A model generated the notes under the pieces. The model did no database searches. It worked only from the letters and a program-made list of their open reading frames with translations, and was not told the origin of the DNA. The position numbers and the translations under genes were made by a program. Below are positions 22,765-32,720 of a stretch of 64,000 nt of DNA, one piece after another. The first letter of the stretch is position 1, and each line of letters begins with the position of its first letter. Source of the DNA: Podarcis erhardii (taxonomy: Eukaryota); the NCBI GenBank assembly GCA_964252035.1, contig OZ176203.1; one strand, written 5' to 3'.

Positions 22765-22802
22765 GTATCTGAAGAAGTGTGCATGCACACGAAAGCTCAT
22801 AC
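22765..22802 (+). ncRNA. Minimal type I hammerhead ribozyme motif (right arm)
   Basis: GTAT (stem I) CTGAAGA (22769-22775) A GTGTGCATGCACAC (stem II hairpin) GAAA (22791-22794) GCTC^ATAC. Stem III is reduced to the palindrome AGCU; predicted cleavage after C22798. Minimal hammerheads in Penelope pseudo-LTRs are established. Confidence 0.85.
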
Positions 22803-24470
22803 CTAGAACTAACTCAGTTGGTCTTTAAGGTGCTACTGGAAGGAATTTTTTTTATTTTGTTTTGACCATGGCAGACCAACACGGCTACCTATCTGTAACT
22901 GGAACCCTAGAAAGAGATACTATATTTCCATACAATTGTCTTTAGTCACACAGTCACACAGTTCCTGTGTCAAGGAGTGTTACGATTTCTCACGGCATAC
23001 AAACCACAATATTGACTGGCTGGGAAAATAAAATCCTCCCACAAGCTCACATATCCATTCCTATAGATTGTGTTGGTGGAATGCATCCATTTGGGTGCTG
23101 CAGGACCATATTGACCAATGCCTGTGACATCACTGCCAGTAAGAAACAGTTCCCCACGATGATGTTTTGTTATTTCTGATAATACTGTGTAAGTTTTATA
23201 TTCCCCACTATGGAAAGGGCATATCCAGGTGGATTCTACATACATAGAAAAAACACGTGAAAATGCTTTTTTAATTTTTTTTTTGAAAAATACATTGAAT
23301 TTGGCATAGCTTACAGTTGCCATCTAGTGTCGCATTTGTACAACACATTCAAAACATTTTATTTGCAGCTGTATAGCTGAGTCCCCAGTCTGAATACACA
23401 CTAATCACAATCATATACTCAGATAAACACATGCCAGAAAGGTTAGCCCCTCTTGCAATAATATTCTACCATTTCTTCAATTTTAATTGCCACTTTGCAA
23501 CACAGGTACAAAACTATTATTGCCACACACATATCACACCATGACATTCCACTTTGGTTTAGTCAGTTCCACCAATCATGTTACAGTGCAAGGAAAGGTG
23601 ATCAAATTCAGTCGCCAATTTTGGTGATAAGGAGACAGTGGAAGTTTTGTGCTTGTGATTTTTTTTTAGAGTCAAGAATAGTATAGTTATCGCTTACAGT
23701 TTATTTATATGCATGATTTATTTTAAGCTGCTTTGAGGGGGAAATGGCAGAATGCTCTGAACAAATAAATCCTTAGCATAATGCATTCTGTGGAGGTAGG
23801 ATATAGAGCTAAAATGACCTGAAAGACTATTGAGAGTTAAGTCTGAAATGTGACTGAGGAATGCCTTTCCAAAAACAGGAATGCCACAAGGCAATTGGTC
23901 CATATGCAAAGGGATTTTTAGAAAAGGCAGACACCAGGAACACTTGAGAACTAACACGGTTAGGGTTTTCTTTTATAATCACAGCTAGGTTATAACCTCT
24001 GTAGACTAAAAATAAAAGGAAAGCTGGAATTAAGGCAAATATACAAACCTCAAAATGCATATATGACATACACGCAATCCAGCCAGAGTTTAACACCTTT
24101 AAGGCCCACTGATATCTATGTAAAAAGTTAAGCAAAAGTTTAAATGGTTCCTACCTGAAACTGAAACTAACTAGAAATGCTTGATTCTGCCTCAATCCTT
24201 CTCCAGATTAACTGCACAGGGAGGTAGTGAGAACATTGTGTCTCAGAGATTTTCTTGCTGGTTTGTTTAGGAGTAAATACCACTAGTCTACACACTATGC
24301 AATTTAATTATTATTTTTCCAAAATGCAACACTTAAAAGAAAAAGAAAATCCCTGGTGTTATTACATAAACTATAGCTTGCTCAGTGGAAAAGCGGGGAG
24401 TGTTTGTGGAGAAGGATTTATGCAGTTAAAGCTCATAGAAAATATTCACGAAGTATTTGAAAATACTCAC

Positions 24471-24600
24471 CTAAGCACCTATATGGAACTACAATGTGAG
24501 GGTGACTTCTGCATTGTTTCCATCCCCGCTTGCACCAGTTCTGGATTGTTACAGGTTGATTGGCTTCAACAACATTGGTAATCTGCAGCTCAGGGTAAAC
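24471..24600 (-). CDS. APP: APP exon 3 (growth-factor-like domain, heparin-binding loop)
   Basis: ttttgattaatag|GTT TAC CCT GAG... = [43 protein letters not shown] + G|gtgagt. 130 bp; phase 0 in, phase 1 out. Confidence 0.98.
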
Positions 24601-24646
24601 CTATTAATCAAAATGCAAAGAGCAAAGTTAATTGAAATAAGAGAAA

Positions 24647-24647
<1 letters not shown>

Positions 24648-24692
<45 letters not shown>
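24648..24692. repeat. (ATT)15 microsatellite
   Basis: Direct reading; about 46 nt from the exon 3 acceptor, on the intron 2 side. Confidence 0.95.
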
Positions 24693-25734
24693 TACAGGGA
24701 TGCATATTTATTTAGAATAGACTGCTGAAAAACATTTCCTAACTTAGTTCCTCAGTGCAAACACTGCCTAAAATTTTGGAATCTCTTTTTCTTGATTATT
24801 TTCAAAGGAAGATTAGATAAAAATTCATGCAGGAGTCACTGAATGCAGGAAATGAATGAATAAATGTGTATTTGGAGCTGGAGGTGGCATAGTTTTGTTT
24901 CGTTAACATATTTTTATTAAAAATTCCTTGGTTTATAAAAGCATATGCGCAGCGTCTCTTTTTTCAAGTTACATTTTCCACAGATCAGTTTCATTTGTTG
25001 AGACATTAGTGTTACATTAAGAAGAAAAGGGGGAAAGAGGTGGAGGGGGCATCATTACTGAGGTTTGTGAAAATTATTAACATTCTAGTACACACCAGCC
25101 TATCCACAGTGCATTTTGCAAGCAGGGAGTTGTGGAGCTATGTTTGCAGGGGCGATTTTCCGGTACTTGTTTCTAAACACAGGGGCAGTCATTTTATTGA
25201 ATTTACATACAATTTACATGCAACAAAGAAAATAATCATATACCTCCTCAATTAAATGTTAATTTGTGGCTAAATAAATTTTGTCCCCAGATTTAGATAC
25301 CTAATTCCTTGTACCATCTTGTTGTAATGACCATGTCCATACATTAATGATACTGATTTCTTGTAGTTTTCTGTAAGAATGATCCATTATGTTTACAGCT
25401 TGTGCGTTCATAAAAGTCCAATAAATATATTTCCAAAACCACAAAGGCAGTCAGTCGTGTTTCACATATCCAAGGAAAGCAACGTTATTCACAGCAGAAT
25501 CAATTCATCTTCCCTCCACAATCAAAATTATTAACCAAGGTAATACATCTCTTCCTTTCTTCATCCCATGTCTTGGTTTAATAACTACAAAAATAAGAAA
25601 CTCTCCAGTGGGACTAGCAAACAAGAAGGCAGAAGCCATGTGGATGCAGTAGGGTCACACAGGAGGAACCAACATGAGCATCAGAAGTCAGGCTGGGAGT
25701 CCAACCTTCATGCGCATATCCAAGATATTTATTC

Positions 25735-25798
25735 TGTGAACTGCCCTGAGACCTCCGGGTATAGGGCGGTATATAAATTCAATAAACAACAACAATCA
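25735..25798 (+). mobile_element. L2-type LINE 3' terminal stub
   Basis: tgtgaactgccctgagacctccgggtatagggcggtatataaattcaataaacaacaacaat: hairpin plus simple-repeat tail typical of squamate L2 ends. Confidence 0.65.
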
Positions 25799-26585
25799 CA
25801 GCGGACCACCATATCAAATCCCAAAGAACTGGGCTGTAGGAGTGGCTTATCAAGTGGTTGGTTACAAGCTCATCACAATTAATCACCACTCAATAAAGAG
25901 TAGTATGCCCTCACCTAGTGTGGTATAGGCACTGGATCGAAGGTGCACTTTGATAATAGAGATTACATACTGTCCATCTGTTTCAGTGGCCAAGGAATGG
26001 TTTTAAAGGGCTAGCAATCTATACAAAATACTTCAGGGGGAAAATGTTTCCCCTGATTTTGTGCACAAAATGAACAGGTTTTGTTAGAAGGAAGATTACC
26101 GGGAACAATAATTTTTTAAAAAGATTTTCTTACCAAAAATTTGAAGAATGTTTGGAAGATACAGCTAGTGAAAAATACAGCATGCCAGCTGTTGACAGAA
26201 GTGAATTATGGAGCCTGAATTTGCTTCTTTGTAGTGTTCCAAGCACAATTCAAGTGGCTGCTATTAATCTGTGAAGACCTAAATTGCTTGGACTCCACAC
26301 ACCTTCCGTGTACTTAATTTCTGAAATGGGAAATGCCCAATTCTAATTTTTCAGCATATGCTTTATTACAGTTCCTTCTCCTATTACTCATTTTCCATAC
26401 ACAACAATGTATCATCAATCACACAGACGCACCTACTTTAAGATGCAGTAAAATATACGCATTCTGCCATTTTTATTTGCACGCCTTGGGGAGGAGGGGG
26501 TTACCCAAGATCTCATAAAGAACCAGCGTTATGTGCTTAAATGTATTTTCCACTCTGTATACATATAGCTGACTTTGGCTATTAG

Positions 26586-26732
26586 AACAAAACAAATTCC
26601 TTCCAGTAGCACCTTAAAGACCAACTAAGTCAGTTCTTGGTAGAACTGACTTAGTTGGTCTTTAAGGTGCTACTGGAAGGAATTTGTTTTGTTTTGACTA
26701 TGGCAGACCAACACGGCTACCTATCTGTAACT
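26586..26732 (+). mobile_element. Miniature palindromic Penelope-derived insertion
   Basis: 52-bp perfect inverted arms 26586-26637 / 26642-26693 around a 4-nt loop, then the same unique extension as the large element (..ggcagaccaacacggctacctatctgtaact). TSD ACTTTGGCTATTAGAA (26572-26587, 26730-26745). Confidence 0.93.
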
Positions 26733-28890
26733 TTGGCTATTAGAATTAAATTTCCCTCCCCCCATGTCACCTTTTACCATTGACTGATGTAGAAAAACAA
26801 AACAAAGACAGGCTCCATGTTGCAGATTGAACAAAACAGATGAAGGGAATATATTCCATTTCCCTGTAAATCACAGGTCTACCTGCTGTATGCTGTTGGA
26901 GTAGCCTTCTCCCACCATCCACTGAATGAACATTTATGGGATGGAGAGCAGATTCTAATTCTAATCCAAACTTCTTGTGTAGCATGGAAATAGAAAATCT
27001 ATGGCACAGATTCACAGGGTAAATCATTCAATATATTATAACTAAGGCAGGGTTAAACTCCCCACAGAAGAAGAAGTAGTTGTTGTTTTTAATGTGTGCT
27101 TATGTGTGTGTGTGTTTGCCATACACTCCACAACTCTAAAATCTAGCTTGGGTAGCTAGTCAAGCAAGTCAATTATTCCACAGCAGCAGGATCATTTTTT
27201 GTATATTCCAGATACAACTCATCTCCCAGATGTTGAAGCAGATGTTGTGATTTCGAAAAAAATAAAATTCTCCCTGAGGTGCAATCTCTTAAGAGCAGCA
27301 TAGGGGCTGCATTTTCCTACAGCAGACAGTAAAGTGCTTGAAAGATTACTACTCCGTTAAGAAATCCCTGTAGACTACTGATGCACTGCTAGGTTCTAGC
27401 ATTCACCATTTAAACTAGCATGAATCAGAAGTCTGTATGATGTAATATTTCTGAAACACATGATGTCATGGCAGCACTTTAAAAAAAAATCCTGTTCACA
27501 AATAGTAAGGCCCATCATGAGAAGGTTTAGCTGCCAGTTTTAAAAGCTGTGTAATAATACTAAGGAAACAAGAGTGCATATTCCAGAAGATCTTAAACCT
27601 AGCTGAGAGAAGGCTGTGAGCACACAGACTCCCTCCATCTTGCATGAAAATTCCCCTGCTATCCTGAATTCCTAACCATGGTTATGCTGGCATCAGTATT
27701 AAAGACAACAGATGAGAGGCAGGTAGAAGCCACATGCATGAGGAGGAGGAAATGGGATATGACCCTGAGGCTCATTTCCTCCAACACAAATAATTCTAAA
27801 TTAATGAATTAAAATAGAACCTGAGTCAAGATGACCATAACTGGCAAAATCAGAGGTCAACACAACTGGAAGTAAACCTTACCTATGTCACCTACAGTAT
27901 ATATTATTTGCCTTGTGCTGGCAAGCAAGATTATTCCTGCATCTTACATGGGTCATTTGATGCAGCTACACCAGGGATGGGGAACAGGACCTCCTACCTG
28001 TCTATCCCCTAACATTGCAATGACACCCATGCTGAGGAACAGCCAGAAGCAATTTAATGCTCCCAACCGGTCCTTGGCAGACGAGTTACCACCTGCCCCA
28101 CACTCGATGTCACACAGGTGGGCATGGTTTGGGGAAAATGGCCTCATGGGTGAAATTAGGACCTAATTAGGAAGTAGGTTCTCCATCCCTGAGCTACATA
28201 TGACTATCTAGAAGGCTCTCTTCGCATGTATTGAAAAGTGGCAGTTCAATGAATAAAGGTCTCTTCCAGGCAGCCAGCCAGCCAGCTTTGAGGTTCTTAG
28301 GACAACAGCATCTCCTACAGAAAGCAACTGAACATTCTACTCCATCATGTCTATCTTGTGAGTTTGAAAAAGGCTTAATTTTCTGCCTGTACTACCTTCT
28401 TGTCTTATTACGTGACCAAAGTATTTTATCAAGGTCATTTTAAAAAACAATCTTTTCTTTATTAACTTAACATTTTTGGCCCACACAGTCTCCCATCACC
28501 TGATGCATACTGAGATCATGCTGTCCTGCCATCTCTGTAGGCACAACCATCTTATTTCACTCTATTAAAGCAAGTGAAGACAATGCTTCCTCATCTTCCA
28601 TCTTGACTTAAGCACAGAATGTCAAGTGGCAGACATTTAACATATATCCCTTATTTAGTGCTGAAAGTCCACCCCTCATCTAGCTTAAAATGGCTGTATG
28701 ATGGGTTCTTCACTATGTATTACAACAATGCCACCCACAAATATCCTTGGCAAACACAGAAGCTATCCAAGCAACAAAAGGGATCAGTGTGGTAAGCAAC
28801 ACTGTTTAACAGAAGTGGAATGACAGCGTCACAACAGAGATATTGTTCTCATGAGTCACCACATCACAGCCATAACATGTTGAATATAAA

Positions 28891-29911
28891 TAGGACTGGG
28901 CGATACTAGGTTTTCAACATTGCGGTATATCACCAGCCAAACAGTTTGGCGATATCCTGCGATGTTGAAAAGAGCGGCATTGGCCCCAGCCTGTGAGGCC
29001 CTGGGTGAGACTGCTTCAGCTCTCATCGCACAGGAGCTGAGGTGTTTTCACCCCAGTGCCTTGCAGGTGAGGGGTGCGAAGGCTCCCACCCTCTAGCTGA
29101 ACTAGCCCTCCACTCCCCAAGATGGAGGCAGCCCTGTGACGGAGCCTGACAGACTCTGTTTGCAAGGCTCCTTTCGCCAGCAAGGTATGAGGGTGGACAA
29201 GCGGCCTCCTTTTCTTGGGAGAAAGAGGCCGCTTGCTCTCCCTCGCATGCCCAAAGATGGAGGTGACATAACCTGACAGGTTCCGGAGTCAGGGCTCCCT
29301 TCGCCTTCGCTGGCACGGTCCTCTCAGCCAGGGAGCACAAAGACCACCCCCCGCCCCCGCAAGACTCTCCCCGCTGAGCCTCCTGCTCCCCAGCTGAGGG
29401 AGCCCAAATCCTTCTCCTGCTTGCATGCTGTCAGGAGGATTGGGGCTTCTCAGCTGGGGAGCACAAAGCCCTCCCCTCTGCTGAGGGAGCCCGGATCCAG
29501 ATCCTGCTCGGATGCAAGCGGGAGAAGGACTGAAGCTTCCTCAGCCAAGAGCGGTTACAATTGAACGGAGCCCCCACCCTGCCACTGGTTCATGCGAGCT
29601 GGTGGAGGGTTGGGGGCTCCATAAAACTGCTTGGCTGAGATGAGCCAAGCACTTTAATGACACAGCTTGATTCTCCCTCTGCATGAGGGGCAGACAGCAA
29701 TGGCGGTTTCACTCAGCAGTATATCGCTGGTGAAAATGCAGTGGCTCTGAGTCCCTCTGCCCCCAGCTGCAGATTGTTTTTCTCTTACTGCACTGGGGGG
29801 ACTCAGGAGCAGTGGCAGTTTCACTAGCAATATACTGCTGAATGAAATCACCATTGCGGTCTGCCCCTCATACCAGTCCTGGGTGATATATCAATACATC
29901 ACCCAGGCCTA
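28891..29911. mobile_element. Non-autonomous hAT-type element with GC-rich, hairpin-rich interior
   Basis: TIRs TAGGACTGGGCGAT / ATCACCCAGGCCTA; 8-bp flanks AATATAAA vs AATACGAG (5/8, degenerate). Confidence 0.7.
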
Positions 29912-31806
29912 AATACGAGTGGCGATCATAGCTTCATGGGTAATTTTTGAGGGGCCACATGTCAGCGGTGAGCAGGCCCAAAGCTACTCAACCTCACCTC
30001 CATTCACCCTCATACACATATACAACCACACACATTGGCATGGCCTTTAAAAAACTCTTGTGTTCTTTCAGAATGTTCTTAGTCCCTTATGCATTTTATT
30101 CCTAGTTTCCCCCACCTCAAACTCGGGCCTTTTCTCCTGGGAAAGAGTGATAAAAATGGTAGTGGAGATTCATAAATATAGAATTGCTACAAGCAAGCAG
30201 TTTTTGCAATAACAGCAGTCACCACTGCTTGAATTCTGAAAATTCAACATCTTCCCTCTCGTATTTCTAAGTCTCCGCCAATGAAGGCTTAGTTAAAAGA
30301 ACAGTAAATGGAAATAAAACAACCAAACACAAATTCGTAACATCTCAAGGTTTTCGTGGAGCAGACTTATGATTCCTACATATCTGTAATTTGGATTACC
30401 AGTTCTTTTTATTGTCCCAATAAATTGGCTGGTAAGCGCAGCTGCAAAGAGGCGGCTTTTTTCAGACACTTCCCAAATGTTAATAAAATTGCTCATGAAA
30501 ACATCATCCAGGGCACTTCTTCAAAGACCCTCAGATTGGAGAAACTTCAACCAGAGCTTGAAGGGAAAGTTCTCTACAGACAGAAAGGCTTGTAGTTAAA
30601 AAGGAGAAAACCACAAGCTCTATTCTGGTATTCAGATCTCCTCACATGTAAACACAAAGGAGAAGCAAGGCTGTGCGGCCAAACCCCACCCCCTCCAACA
30701 GTTTAGAGCCCTCCAGGAAGGTGACAGTGACTGTCTGAAGGAGAGAGCCTCCTCTTCTGGAGGCTTCTCACACAATTAAGAAGACTGCACAGTTAGGGTC
30801 CTGTACTTTTTAAGTCCTTCATCAAAGAAATGAGATGCATTTCATGGGCCTGAAGTTTCTTCATATGAGTTCTAGGGACAAGTTCATATATGCAAACTTC
30901 TGATCATATACACCAGAACATCAGCTTAAACTGGGCCCTGAGACTACACCCAGAGACAGCCTTCAGCAATTTCCAGGGCTGCACTTCAGCTAGCCTGCTT
31001 TATCATCTCTACACTGGTTCACACCAATATTTCTCCTTTCAGAAGTGTGCCTATTGCAATACTGTGAGGAAATGAGACTTTTGGCGGTCTGAGAACTCAA
31101 ATGAGCAGGAGTAAGACAGCAAATACCTTGTTCTGATTGTCTTTACCTTGCAGGTTTTCCTCAGAGTGCAACACAAAGATCACAAATTCTGCCTTGTTTA
31201 AGAGATGGCCACACACAGGCACTTCCAAGCCTGATCTCCCTCTCTATGAAAGGTTCCAGAGTCCCGGCTTTGTTTTGTCACTTCCTTCTTAATTTAGAGA
31301 TTCTATGAGCCCCCTTCATATGCAAATCACTTGAAAGGGGGATCACACAATTACTGGGAAAGCCTCTGTGATGCATCTGCATTGAAAATGCCAGCAGAAC
31401 ATTTCCCCTCCCAGTAATTGCATGAAGGGAGCTATAGTCACTTGGCACTCCCTAGTATTCCAGTAGGACAGCACAGAAGTGGGTCCAAATCTATTACAGC
31501 TTTATAGAAACCACTGGTGAATTGAAAGAAAGATAAGCACAGCAGAATTGCAAATTATAAGGATGTTGGCAGCTAATCTATCTAACCATAAGTGCTTCTC
31601 AGTGGAGGAATTTTAACAGGTACCCCAAATGCTCTCAGCAAATCCTTGCCCACATGGGGATTGCACAAACCCAGTGTTGACCCTCATCACTCAAACTAGC
31701 TTACGTGGATTTAACAGTAAGTATTGAAAGTGGAAAGGATTTTACTCTAGGTGGTGGTTGGAAGCCAATCTAAAAAGGGCTTATGTAATGAAGAAAGGCT
31801 CAACAG

Positions 31807-32062
31807 CAGGGGTCAGCAACCTTTTTCGACCATGGGCTGGTCCACTGTCCCTCAGACCATGTAGTGGGCCGGACTATATTTTTTTGGGGGGGGGGGGGAT
31901 GAACAAATTCCTATGCCCCACAAATAACCCAGAGATGCATTTTAAATAAAAGGACACATTCTTCTCATGTAAAAACACACTGATTCCTGGACCGTCCGTG
32001 GGCCGGACTGAGAAGACCATCTGGCCGCATCTGGCTGACGGGCCTTAGGTTGCCTACCCCTG
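31807..32062 (-). mobile_element. hAT-Charlie-type MITE (same family as 18585)
   Basis: TIRs CAGGGGTCAGCAACC / GGTTGCCTACCCCTG; 8-bp flanks CTCAACAG / CTCAAGAG (7/8). Confidence 0.9.
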
Positions 32063-32665
32063 CTCAAGAGTCAACCACATTGCCTATGGCCCAACTCAAG
32101 TGGGAGTGATACTCTGGGTAAAGTCAGAGATCTTCAAAACCTTTCCTCTTCACTGTACCAATCAAGAGATCTGAGTAGTATAACTTTATTAGGCACCTTA
32201 GCCCCTCACTCTGAGGCCTCATGTCTACATCCATCTGAATGGGAGTAACAAAATGGATTGTATAACATCAGCGTAAAGTAAATGGGATGAGTGTGAGTTC
32301 TCAGAAAAGCTAGCAGATAAGGGATGGTTGCTCACAGAGCCTGTACCCAACAAGTCAGTTGATAATGTTTTGATTTAAACCAGCAAACTTTATAAAGACG
32401 TGGAAGAATGATAAAAACTGGCATCCTTCACCTGCAGTCTGAAGGGGTATGGAGCATGCTGCCAACTCAGGGTTCTAATATTTCATTTTGTTGCAAGAAA
32501 GTGGGGTGTTCTTTTTTTCCTTTCCCCCCAAAGCACCTCAGCCACTGTGAAATTTGCTTGTTTTGCCTCACAAATGGAATGAATTGCTAAACTGCAAAAT
32601 AAGAGGAGAGTCTTCAAGTTTTGAAACTAAGATGGAGGTCATAAAAATAAGTAAATTAAGCTCTC

Positions 32666-32720
32666 TCTCTTTTTTTAATAATATTTATTCAACTTTTAAA
32701 GATTACAAAGAGAAAAAAAG
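32666..32720 (-). mobile_element. 55-bp L1-type 3' stub
   Basis: 18-bp TSD TAAGTAAATTAAGCTCTC (32648-32665, 32721-32738). The minus strand of the insert has AATAAA followed by a short A tract. Confidence 0.75.

Larger units (their letters stand above)
19840..22903. mobile_element. Penelope-like retroelement insertion (Neptune-type) as an inverted duplication
   Basis: Arms about 19840-21260 (minus) and 21437-22857 (plus) mirror each other (coordinate sum 42697). 176-bp unique spacer; 46-bp unique extension on the right. 12-bp TSD ACCCTAGAAAGA (19828-19839, 22904-22915). Confidence 0.96.

Noticed and set aside
19897-22800. Mirror-image small ORFs (67-81 aa) around the Penelope frames
   Set aside because: Antisense shadows of the RT/endonuclease ORF and UTR, duplicated only because of the inverted repeat.
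19840-22903. Inverted repeat as a fold-back assembly artefact
   Set aside because: It has a 12-bp TSD, an asymmetric 46-bp extension and a unique spacer, and two smaller insertions show the same architecture. Not formally excluded without reads.
24255-24720. Plus-strand ORFs of 108 and 74 aa
   Set aside because: Antisense to APP exon 3 and running into an (ATT)n repeat that yields the poly-Leu; no independent support.
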